64,000 nt of DNA from Pristiophorus japonicus (lineage: Eukaryota): NCBI RefSeq assembly GCF_044704955.1, contig NC_091997.1, positions 66,092,001 to 66,156,000 on the forward strand. Direction: 5' to 3'. A program made the translations under genes and the position numbers. This document shows, piece by piece, positions 12,541-24,052 of this stretch. Within the stretch, counting starts at the first letter, position 1. Each line of letters starts with the position of its first letter. Under the pieces are notes generated by a model. The model made no database searches. It was given only the letters and a program-made list of their open reading frames with translations, and was not told the origin of the DNA.

Positions 12541-13699
12541 ATGCCGTTAAAGCGAGGCCCCGTCTGCTCTCTCAGGTGGACCAAAAAGATCCCATGGCTC
12601 TATTTCAAACAAGTGCAGGGGAGTTGTCTCCGGTGTCCTGGTCAATATTTATCCCTCAACCAACATCACTAAACCAGATTATTTGGTCACTATCACATTG
12701 CTGTTTGCGGGAGCTTGTTGACTGTAAACTGCCTGCCGCATTTCCCACATTCATCATCACAGGCAGTTCCTCGGAGTCGAGGAAGACTTGCTTCCACACC
12801 AGAGGTGGGTCCTCAGGTGACTGAAGAGTGCAATGCGGGACCTACAGTCTCTGTCACAGGTGGGTCAGACAGTGGTTGGAGGGACGGGTGGGTGAGGTGC
12901 CTGGGTTGCTGCGCGCTCCTTCCGCTCTCAGCGATGAGACTCAAGGTGTTCAGCGCCTTCCCGGATGCTTTTCCCCTACTTTGGGCGGTCTTGGGCCAGG
13001 GATTCCTCTTCCCACATTACAACAGTGACTACAACTCAAAATGTACTTCATTGGCTGTAAAGAGCTTTGGTGGTCATGAAAGGTGCTATATAAATGCAAG
13101 TCTTTTTTATCCTTTTCTAACTCCATCGTAGGATCAGCACCAGCACCTCAGAGCAACCTGGGGCTGGGCAATAAGTCGCAGTATCATCCACATCCCAAGA
13201 GCAGAAAGAACCCTGGTCGGTGTTGGGAGGGACAGCAGAAACTTGCTCCACATGATAACACTCCATGGTGACCTTGTGCACAGCAACATTGCTCTTTGCC
13301 ACGTTGGAACCTGCAGTGGGATTTTACAGTTCAGGAGAGGAAGCAGGGGGGGGGGGGGGGGGAGGAGAAGGTCACTGGAGCCGGAGGGCTGAAGCCATGA
13401 GAGCACACTGGTGCACCGTGTAAAAAAAAGTTGCCTGTGGGAGCCACCCTCAACAAATCAGGCACCACCAGCAGTTCCTGCTTTTATTTCAGATTTCCAG
13501 CATCCGCAGTATTGTTTAATGGAAAAATGTGGCCAATCGTGGAGCGCCATGGGAGGAGGGGGGGGGGGTGCGAGGCAGGCGCGGAACAGGTTAAGGAAAG
13601 TTAAGTTAAATATTTTTAAAGTCTGAAAATAAAGTTACAAAGCTAAGTTCACTCGCGTGGAGAGAAACAAAAAGGCAACAGTGCTGGAGAAAGAGCTCA

Positions 13700-13715
13700 G
13701 GCGCCATCTAGCAGC
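13700..13715 (-). promoter_or_regulatory. Candidate CTCF site
   Basis: Minus strand GCTGCTAGATGGCGCC resembles the CTCF core CCACYAGRKGGCRC, in non-repeat sequence between CIB1 promoter and GDPGP1. Confidence 0.4.
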
Positions 13716-13769
13716 CCAAGCCTGTAACTACATCAAGTTGGCACTGAAAATGAATAGGATTTTTAAAAA

Positions 13770-14157
13770 TCATTCATGGGCTGTGGGCATCTCTGGCAAA
13801 GCCAACATTTATTGCCCATCCCTAATTGCCCCTTGAGAAGGTGGTGGTGAGCTGCCTTCTTGAATACAACTTGGTCCTTTCAGAGGGCAGTTAAGAGTCA
13901 ACAATAGTGCTGTGGGTCTGGGGGTCACATATCAGCCAGACCAGGTAAGGATGGCAGATTTCCTTCCCTAAAGGACATCAGTGAACCAGATGGGTTTTTA
14001 TGACAATCCGGTGGTCTCATCATCACCATTACCGATTCCAGATTTATTTAATTAACTGAATTTAAATTCCCCAGCTGCCGTGGTGGGATTTGAACTCTGG
14101 TCTCTGGATCATTAGTCCTGGATTACTGGCCCAGTAACATCACCACTGTGCTACCGC
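13770..14157 (-). mobile_element. Second tRNA-derived SINE family (another copy at ~46008-46390)
   Basis: Minus strand starts GGTAGCACAGTGGT (A box) then GAGTTCAAATCCC (B box); shared body with the 46-kb copy. Confidence 0.6.
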
Positions 14158-16089
14158 GTGCAACCAAAAATAATAGGAAATAATATTTGTGGATAGGAAA
14201 TACACACCCGATGCAATATTTTGAAGAGAAAGACAGATCGATGAAAGCACCTTAAGCAGCACTGGAAAAGCAGAGAGCCTGAGTGCCAGCTGCACTACAC
14301 AGTATTTGTCTTACATGGATCAGCTCTTCTCCCAATTCCTTGATGACAATCATATGGCACCGTGAAGCACACAGTGTCTGGGAACAGGGGCCTGGGCCAC
14401 GGGCTGAATAACTCCACTCAGTCCACCGAAATACTAGGAAGAAAAGTCAGTGAACAACAGCTGGTGAAAAGCAATGTCATACTGTAGTGAGTCACTGCCA
14501 ACTATATAACAACTTGTATTTATATAGCGTCTTTAACTTAGTAAAACGTCCCAAGGTGCTTCACAAGTGTGTTGTCAGACAAAACATTTTTAGACACCGA
14601 AAAACATAAGGAGAAATTAGGGCAGATGACCAAAAGCTTGGTCCAAGAGGTAGATTTTAAGGAGCGTCTTAAGGGAAAAAGAGGTAGAGAGGTGGCGAGG
14701 TTTAGGGAGGGAGTTCCAGAGCGCCTGGGCAACAGAAGGCACGGCCACCAATGGTTGAGCGATTATAATCAGGGATGCTCAGGAGGACAGAATTAGAGGA
14801 GTGTAGACATCTCAGGAGGTTGTGGGGCTGGAGGAGATTACAGAGATAGGAAGGGGCGCAGGCCATGGAGGGATTTGAAAACAAATGAGAATTTTGAAAT
14901 TGAGGTGTTGCTTAACCAGGAGCCAATATAGTTCAGCGAGCACAGGGGGTGATGGGTGAGCGGGACTTGGTGTGAGTTAGGACACGGGGCAGCGAGCACA
15001 GGGGGTGATGGGTGAGCGGGATTTGTTGCGAATTACGGATATCTTCATTTAGACGTGTCATGTGTTACGAGGACCGAGTAAATACAATCCACTCGATTTT
15101 ATAAATTCTATTTAATTAAACATTGTAACAAGAGCACAGACTTCAATCAGCAATCAGTGATTTAGACATCAGTAAAAAAGGAGGTCATACATCAAAGTGC
15201 AATTGGAGCCATCTAGTCCAACCCATCTCCCAGCTTTTTGCCCCCATTAATATTTTTTCAAGTGTGTATCCAATTTCCTCTTAAACGTTGTGGTAGATTC
15301 AGCATCGATAGCCCAGCAGTGGAATGTGTTCGAACACCACAGGGTGTTCCTCTAACCAGCCCCTCTGCTTTACAGTCCACTTTTCACAAATGTAATGCAA
15401 TAAATACAAAATAAAAATCAATGATTTAATGAATTGCGCAATGGTTCAGTAATGTTTCTAAAACAAAGTTTAAAAGTAAGTAAGGTTCAACACTTGGGAA
15501 ACACAGCATAAATAGTTTATAACAATCCCATTCATCAGTGTTTGCATAAAATCTCACTCAGTATCAGCGGTCATAGCTTGAGATTCTACAGAAATTTCTG
15601 TAGAGAAGGTGGCTGTTCATAATGCCACTGAGGCGCTTGCAGAGAGCCGGCATGGGCTCGACGGGCTGAATGGCCTCCTCCTGTGCTGTAACCATTCTAT
15701 GATTTATTCCAACTCATTCACCTGTTTTCTGACTCCCACCCTTCCATATATTTATCCAAATCGATGTAAAGCACGATTTTACAAACCGTGACAATATCCA
15801 AACGTTGCACAACAGTGAATTATCATGAAGCTATTCTCCATATGGAGATGAAGCACAGTGCACATTTTCCCAAGCACAGAGTTCTCCCTTCCTCTCTGAA
15901 GATACTGACTGGCTGGGAATACGTTTCCACAACTACTGCCTCGCTTCACCCAACAGACCATTCATGCACGAGTTTTAAATAGTGTCAGGACAGCTATTCC
16001 ATCATAGAGAGCATCACTGCTGAGGTGACCCCCTCCAGCCCTCACCTTATGGCCACTTGCATTGTCCAGCAGCGGGCAACAGATAGATC

Positions 16090-18890
16090 AAAAACTCAGA
16101 ATCACAGAAATTTACAGCACGGAAGGAGGCCATTTCGGCCCATTGTGTCTGCACTGGCCGACAAAGAGCTATCCAGCCTAATCCCACTTTCCAGCTCTTG
16201 GTCCATAGCCCTGCAGGTTACAGCACTTCAAGTGTAAATCCAAGTACTCTTAAAAATGTGGTGAGGGTTCTGTCTTTACCACCCTTTTAGGCAGTGAGTC
16301 CCAGACCCCCACCACCCTCTGGGAGAAAATATTTCTCCTCAAATCCCCTCTAAACCTTATAACAATTACTTTAAATCTAAGTCCCCTGGTTGTAGACCCC
16401 TCTGCTAAAGGAAATAGTTCAGTCCTGTCCACTCTATACAGGCCCCTCATAATTTTATACACCTCAATAAGATCTCCCCTCAGCCTCCTCTGTTCCAAAG
16501 AAAACAACCCCGGCCTATCCAATCTATCCTCATCGCTAAAATTCTCCAGTCCAAGCAACATAAGAACATAAAAATTAGGAACAGGAGTAGGCCATTCGGC
16601 CCCTCGAGCCTGCTCCGCCATTCAATGAGATCATGGCTGATCTTCGACCTCAACTCCACTTTCCTGCACTATCCTCATATCCCTTAATATCCAAAATCTA
16701 TCATAAGAAATAAAAGCAGGAGTAGGCCATTTGATCATGGCTGATCTAATCCTGGCCTAAACTCCACGTCCCTGCCTGCTCCCCATAACCCTTGACTCGC
16801 TTATTGTTCAAAAATCTGTCTATCTCCACTTTAAATATATTCAATGACCCAGCCTCCACAGCTCTCTGGGATAGAGAATCCCACAGATTTACAACCCTCT
16901 GAGAGAAGAAATTCCTCCTCATCTCCGTCTTAAATGGGTGGCCCCTTATTCTCAAACTATAGATACGTAGAAACATAGAAATTTACAACATGGAAGGAGA
17001 CCATTTCGGCCCATTGTGTCCGTGCCAGCCGACAAAGAGCCGCACAGCTCTTGGTCAGCAGCCCTGAAAGTTACATATAAACCTATGAACAATGAACAAT
17101 GGCAGAAAGGTAAAGAGCAGCCAGCCCAACCAATCCGCCCCACACAACTGTGACACCCCTTACACTAAAACATTCAACATTCCACCCCAACCGGAGCTAT
17201 GTCCCCTAGTTCTAGATTACCTTATGAGGGGAAACATCCTCTCTGCATCTACCCAGTCAAGTCCCCTCATAATCTAATACGATTCAATAAGATCCTCATT
17301 AATCTCCTCTGTACCCTCTCCAGTGCAATCACATCTTAGAAACATAGAAATTAGATGCAGGAACAGGCCATTCGGCCCGTCGAGCCTGCATCACCATTCA
17401 ATAAGATCATGGCTGATCATTTAACCTCAGTACCCCTTTCCTGCTTTCTCTCCATACCCCTTGATCCCTTTGGCCATAAGGCCCATATCTAACTCCCTTC
17501 TGAATATATCTAACGAACTGGCCTCAACTACTTTCTGTGGTAGAGAATTCCACAGGTTCACCACTCTCTGAGTGAAGAGGTTTCTCCTCATCTCGGTCCT
17601 AAATGGCTTACCCCTTATCCTTAGACTGTGACCCCGGGTTCTGGAACTCCCCAACAACATAGAAACATAGAAAATAGGTGCAGGAGTAGGCCATTCGGCC
17701 CTTCGAGCCTACACCGCCATTCAATGAGTTCATGGCTGAACATGCAACTTCAGTACCCCATTCCTGCTTTCTCGCCATACCCCTTGATCCCCCTAGTAGT
17801 AAGAACTACATCTAACTCCTTTTTGAATATATTTAGTGAATTGGCCTCAACAACTTTCTGTGGTAGAGAATTCCACAGGTTCACCACTCTCTGGATAAAG
17901 AAGTTTCTCCTCATCTCAGTCCTAAATGGCTTACCCCTTATCCTTAGACTGTGACCCCTGGTTCTGGACTTCCCCAACATTGGGAACATTCTTCCTGCAT
18001 CTAACCGTCAGAATTTTAAACGTTTCTATGAGGTCCCCTCTCATTCTTCTGAACTCCGGTGAATACAAGCCAAGGTGATCCAGTCTTTCTTGATATGTCA
18101 GTCCCGCCATCCCGGGAATCAGTCTGGTGAGCCTTCGCTGCACTCCCTCAATAGCAAGAATGTCCTTCCTCAAGTTAGGAGACCAAAACTGTACACAATA
18201 ATCCAGGTGTGGCCTCACCTAGGCCCTGTACAACTGTAGTAACACCTCCCTGCCCCTGTACTCAAATCCCCTCGCTATGAAGTCCAACATGCCATTTGCT
18301 TTCTTAACTGCCTGCTGTAACTGCATGCCAACCTTCAATGACTGATGTACCATGACACCCAGGTCTCGTTGCACCTCCCCTTTTCCTAATGTCACCATTC
18401 AGATAATATTCTGCCTTCGTGTTTTTGCCCCCAAAGTGGATAACCTCACATTTATCCACATTATACTGCATCTGCCATGCATATGCCCACTTACCTAACC
18501 TGTCCAAGTCACCCTGCAGTCTCTTAACGTCCTCCTCACAGCTCACAGCTTAGTGTCATCTGCAAACTTGGAGATATTACATTCAATTCCTTCATCTGAA
18601 TCATTGATGTATATTGTAAATAGCTGGGGTCCCAGCACTGAACCCTGCGGCACCCCACTGGTCACTGCCTGCCATTCTGAAAAAGACCCGTTTATTCCGA
18701 CCCTCTGCTTCCTGTCTGCCAACCAGTTCTCTATCCACGTCAGTACATTTCCCCCAATACCATGTGCTTTGATTTTGCATACTAATCTCTTGTGTGGGAC
18801 CTTGTCAAAAGCCTTTTGAAAGTCCAAATCCACTGGTTCTCTCTTGTCCACTCTATTAGTTACATCCTCAAAAAATTCTAGAAGCTCTTT
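16090..18890 (-). mobile_element. Cluster of nested CR1 3' fragments
   Basis: Repeated RGHSLRIRGKPFRTEMRRNFFTQRVVNLWNSLP peptides, (CTATGTTT)n tails, RT motifs [10 protein letters not shown] and KFADDTKL. Confidence 0.9.
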
Positions 18891-21800
18891 CATAATGCGC
18901 AACAAAAATATATTCCAGTGAAAAAGAAGGGCGGCAAGAAAAGAGATAACCAGCCGTGGATAACCAAGGAAATAAAGGAAAGTATCAAATCAAAGACCAA
19001 TGCGTATAAGGTGGCCAAGGTTAGTGGGAAACTAGAGGATTGGGAACATTTTAAGCAACAGCAAAGAATGACTAAAAAAGCAATAAAGGGAAGATAGATT
19101 ACGAAGGTAAACTTGCGCAAAACATAAAAACAGATAGTAAAAGCTTTTACAGATATATAAAACGGAAAAGAGTGACTAAAGTAAATGTTGGTCCCTTAGA
19201 AGATGAAAAGGGGGATTTAATAATGGGAAATGTGGAGATGGCTGAGACCTTAAACAATTATTTTGCTTCGGTCTTCACAGTGGAAGACACAAAAACCATG
19301 CCAAAAATTGCTGGTCATAGGAATGTGGGAAGAGAGGACCTTGAGATGATCACTATCACTAGGGAGGTAGTGCTGGACAGACTAATGGGACTGAAGGTAG
19401 ACAAGTCCCCTGGTCCTAATGAAATGCATCCCAGGGTATTAAAAGAGATGGCGGAAGTTATAGCAGATGCATTTGTTATAATCTACCAAAATTCTCTGGA
19501 CTCTGGGGAGGTACCAGCGGATTGGAGAGCAGCTAATGTAACGCCTCTGTTTAAAAAAGGGGGCACGCAAAAGGCAGGTAACTATAGGCCGGTTAGTTTA
19601 ACATCTGTAGTGGGGTAAATGCTTGAAACTATCATTAAGGAAGAAATAGCGGGACATCTGGATAGGAATAGTGCAATCAAGCAGATGCAGCATGGATTCA
19701 TGAAAGGGAAATCATGTTTAACTAACTTACTGGAATTCTTTGAGGATATAACGAGCATGGTGGATAGAGGTGTACCGATGGATGTGGTGTATTTAATTTC
19801 CAAAAGGCATTCGATAAGGTGCCACACAAAAGGTTACTGCAGAAGATAAAGGTACGCGGAGTCAGAGAAAATGTATTAGCATGGATAGAGAATTGGCTGG
19901 CGAACAGAAAGCAGAGAGTCGGGATAAATGGGTCCTTTTCCGGTTGGAAATCAGTGGTTAGTGGTGTGCCACAGGGATCAGTACTGGGACCACAACTGTT
20001 TACAATATACATAGATGACCTAGAAGAGGGGACAGAGTGTAGTGCAACAAAATTTGCAGATGACACTAAGATTAGTGGGAAAGCGGGTTGTGTAGAGGAC
20101 TCAGAGATGCTGCAAGGAGATTTGGATAGGTTAAGCGAATGGGCTAAGATTTGGCAGATGGAATACAATGTCGGAAAGTGTGAGGTCATCCACCTTGGGA
20201 AAAAAAACAGTAAAAGGGAATATTATTTGAATGGGGAGAAATTACAACATGCTGAGGTGCAGAGGGACCTGAGGGTCCTTGTGCATGAAACTCTTTTAGG
20301 AGTAAACAAAAAACATTAAACCGTGCCCCCCCGATCTGGGGGAAACACCAACATTTACAAGGCCCTTTTTTTTATTTTTGGGGGTTTTTTTGGGGCACAG
20401 AATCAAATTTTTTTCCAAGTGCCCCCTATAAAAGGGGAGGGGGACACTAAAAGCACCGGCAATTAAAACAAATTAACTTAAAAAACATAAAATCAAATTA
20501 AAATTTGGTTGCCAGGCGTGATGATGCACTCCAGTCCCTCCGGTGCCCACCTCTCGCGGAAGGCCGCGAGCGTACCGGTGGACACCGCGTGCTCCATCTC
20601 CAAGGACACCCTGGACCGGATGTAAGAGCGGAAGAGAGGCAGGCAGTCAGGTTGAACGACCCCCTCGACCGCCCGCTGCCTGGACCGGCTGATGGCACCC
20701 TTGGCCGTGCCCAGGAGCAGTCCTACGAGGAGGCCCTCGGACCTACCCGCTCCCCTCCGCACAGGGTGCCCAAAGATCAGGAGTGTGGGACTGAAGTGCA
20801 GCCAAAATTTCAGGAGCAGCCCCTTTAAATAACAGAACAGGAGCTGTCCTTGTGCATGAAACTCTTTTTGGAGTTTATCTGCAAAACAAAAACATTAATC
20901 GGTGCCACCCGACCTGGATGACACACCAGACATTTACAAGGCCCTCTTTTTTTGTTTTTTTGGGTTTTTTTTTTGTGTTTTTCTTTTTTTTTGGGCACTA
21001 AAATCACCTTTTTTCCCCAGTGCCCCCTATAAAAGGGAAGGTCCTTGTGCATGAAACTCTTTTTGGAGTTCACCTGCAAAACATAAAACATTAAACGGTG
21101 CCACCCGACCTGGGTGACACTCCAGACATTTACAAGGCCCTTTTTTTCCCCCCCTTTTTTTTTTGTTTTTTTTTTGTTTTTCTTTTTTTGTTTTTTTTTG
21201 GGCACTAAAATCACAATTTTCCCCAGTGCCCCCTATAAAAGGGAAGGTCCTTGTGCATGAAACTCTTTTTGGAGTTCACCTGCAAAACATGAAACATTAA
21301 ACGGTGCCACCCGACCTGGGTGACACTCCAGACATTTACAAGGCCCTTTTTTTTTTTCCCCCCCCTTTTTTTTTGTTTTTTTTTGTGTTTTTCTTTTTTT
21401 GTTTTTTTTTTTGGGCACTAAAATCACAATTTTCCCCAGTGCCCCCTATAAAAGGGAAGGGGGACACTAAAAGCACCGGCAATTAAAACAAATTAAACTT
21501 TAAAACGTAAAATCAAATTAAAATTTGGTTGCCGGGCGTGATGATGCACTCCAGTCCCTCCGGTGCCCACCTCTCGCGGAAGGCCGCGAGCGTACCGGTG
21601 GACACCGCGTGCTCCATCTCCAAGGACACCCTGGACCGGATGTAAGAGCGGAAGAGAGGCAGGCAGTCAGGTTGAACGACCGCCCGCTGCCTGGACCGGC
21701 TGATGGCACCCTTGGCCGTGCCCAGGAGCAGTCCTACGAGGAGGTCCTCGGACCTACCCGCTCCCCTCCGCACAGGGTGCCCAAAGATCAGGAGAGTGGG

Positions 21801-22742
21801 ACTGAAGTGCAGCCAGAATTTCAGGAGCAGCCCCTTCAAATAATGGAACAGGGGCTGCAACCTTGTGCATGAAACTCTTTTTGGAGTTTATCTGCAAAAC
21901 AAAAACATTAATCGGTGCCACCCGACCTGGATGACACACCAGACATTTACAAGGCCCTCTTTTTTTGTTTTTTTTGGGGGGTTTTTTGTGTTTTTCTTTT
22001 TTTTTGGGCACTGAAATCACCTTTTTTCCCCAGTGCCCCCTATAAAAGGGAAGGTCCTTGTGCATGAAACTCTTTTTGGAGTTCACCTGCAAAACATAAA
22101 ACATTAAACGGTGCCACCCGACCTGGGTGACACTCCAGACATTTACAAGGCCCTTTTTTTCCCCCCCTTTTTTTTTTGTGTTTTTCTTTTTTTGGTTTTT
22201 TTTTGGGCACTAAAATCACAATTTTCCCCAGTGCCCCCTATAAAAGGGAAGGTCCTTGTGCATGAAACTCTTTTTGGAGTTCACCTGCAAAACATAAAAC
22301 ATTAAACGGTGCCACCCGACCTGGGTGACACTCCAGACATTTACAAGGCCCTTTTTTTCCCCCCCTTTTTTTTTTGTGTTTTTCTTTTTTTTTTGTTTTT
22401 TTTTGGGCACTAAAATCACAATTTTTCCCCAGTGCCCCCTATAAAAGGGAAGGTCCTTGTGCATGAAACCCAAAAGGTTAGTTTGCAGGTGCAGCAGGTA
22501 ATCAGGAAGGCAAATGGAATGTTGGCCTTCATTGCGAAAGGGATGGAGTACAAAAGCAGGGAGGTGTTGCTGCAACTGTATAAGGTATTGGTAAGGCCGC
22601 ACCTGGAGTACTGCGTGCAGTTTTGGTCACCTTACTTAAGGAAGGATATACTAGCTTTGGAAGGGGTACAGAGACGATTCACTAGGCTGATTCGAGAAAT
22701 GAGGGGGTTACCTTATGATGATAGATTGGGTAGACTGGGTCT
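18891..22742 (+). mobile_element. CR1 ORF2 segment interrupted at RDLRVLVHET by the Tx1-like array; lacks its own 3' end
   Basis: ORFs 19172-19618, 19819-20319 ([16 protein letters not shown]) and 22432-22746 are colinear CR1 RT; the sequence resumes exactly at 22470 (CCAAAAGG). Confidence 0.92.
20292..22454 (-). mobile_element. Tandem array of seven 5'-truncated Tx1-clade non-LTR retrotransposon 3' ends
   Basis: Two long units encode an ORF2 C-terminus (LLKFWLHFSPTLLIFGHPV..LLLGTAKGAI..FRSYIRSRVSLE..FRERWAP) resembling Tx1-clade ORF2; five short ~180-bp units; all separated by the duplicated target CCTTGTGCATGAAAC. Confidence 0.85.
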
Positions 22743-22995
22743 TTAATTCCCTGTTTTCTCTCTCTCTCTCTCTCCTTTTTTAAAAAGTGGTGTTACATTA
22801 GCTTCCCTCCAGACGGTAGGAACTGATCCAGAGTCAATAGAATGTTGGAAAATGATCACTAATGCATCCACTATTTCTAGGGCCACTTCCTTAAGTACTC
22901 TGGGATGCAGCCTATCAGGCCGTGGGGATTTATCGGCCTTCAATCCCATCAATTTCCCTAACACAATTTCCTGACTAATAAGGATTTCATTCAGT
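22743..22995 (-). mobile_element. CR1 ORF2 fragment, probably the upstream part of the minus-strand element ending at 18890
   Basis: LKADKSPRPDRLHPRVLKE..WREANVTPLFKKG. Confidence 0.8.
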
Positions 22996-23930
22996 AATGT
23001 GGTGACCAGAACTGCAAGCAGTACTTTAGCTGCGACCTAACTAGTGTTTTATACAGTTCAAGCATAACCTCCCTGCTCTTATATTCTATGCCTCGGCTAA
23101 TAAAGGCAAGTATTCCATTTGCCCTCTGAACCACCTTATCTACCTGGCCTGCTACCTTCAGGGATCTATGGACCTGTACTTTCCAACTTCAAGATGCCAT
23201 GGCCAATTGTGACACCCTCACCACCATGACTGGCACCCGCTAATTCAGTTCAGAGTGGGACTTGGGCAATTAACCTAAGTGCAACATTTACCCACAAGAT
23301 GTGTCTAAATAATTTAAGTAAATGGCACAGCTCAATTCTTGAGCTTAAGTTTCAAGTTCAAAACATTTAAACTAAAGATAACCGTAGACCATGTCCACAC
23401 GAGTGTTCACCCTGTATATCGCTACTTTTACAACAGGGAGTTTTGCACATCTGTGGAGTGAGAAACAGAGTTAACGTTTCGGGTCTGTTTCTCTCTCCAC
23501 AGATGCTGAGTGTTTCCAGCATTTTCTGTTTTCATTTCAGGATTTCCAGCATCCAGCAGTATTTTGTTTTAATGTTAAAGTCGACATTCTGGTTACCACC
23601 TGCATGTCCAGTGGTCGTCAGACCAGCATCTCTCCGAGATCAATGAAAACTCAGACAAAGGAGGAGGTGACATAACAGTCACACTGCGTCTAATTGCAAC
23701 ACCACGTTTATGATTGGTCCCCTTGGAGGATAAGACACACCCAACAGTTTGTCTGGAATGTGTAATATGATCCAGTCTACAGAATGTGGAAGTCTAGTTA
23801 GCTTTGTGAAGATCCTCTCTTAATAGTATTCTGCAAATGTAGTTATAGGTATCCTTGCCTGGTAAAATAAAAGAAGTGATACTCTAATGAATAATTCTTT
23901 GGCGTTTTATGGGTTTTTCTCCTTCAGCAT

Positions 23931-23936
23931 TTTATT
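23931..23936 (-). terminator. Candidate GDPGP1 polyadenylation signal AATAAA
   Basis: TTTATT on the plus strand ~120 nt past the stop codon. Confidence 0.45.
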
Positions 23937-24052
23937 GCACTTCAAAGCCATTCATTGTTCGGTGATGGTTGAGAGAGGTCTGATCAATTTAAGTTTTTCC
24001 TAGAATATGTTAAGTGTTTTTCAGAGATTGGTGGGCAGCAGATGAACTGATT

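Noticed and set aside
11735-12824. Long ORFs with 11-aa repeats (also 10637-11080, 33949-34887, 39821-40463)
   Set aside because: By-products of stop-free 33-bp minisatellites, open in several frames on both strands.
20277-22469. CRISPR-like look of short direct repeats with intervening sequence
   Set aside because: Spacers are homologous retrotransposon 3' ends of 180-600 bp, the repeats are target-site duplications, there are no cas genes and the DNA is vertebrate.
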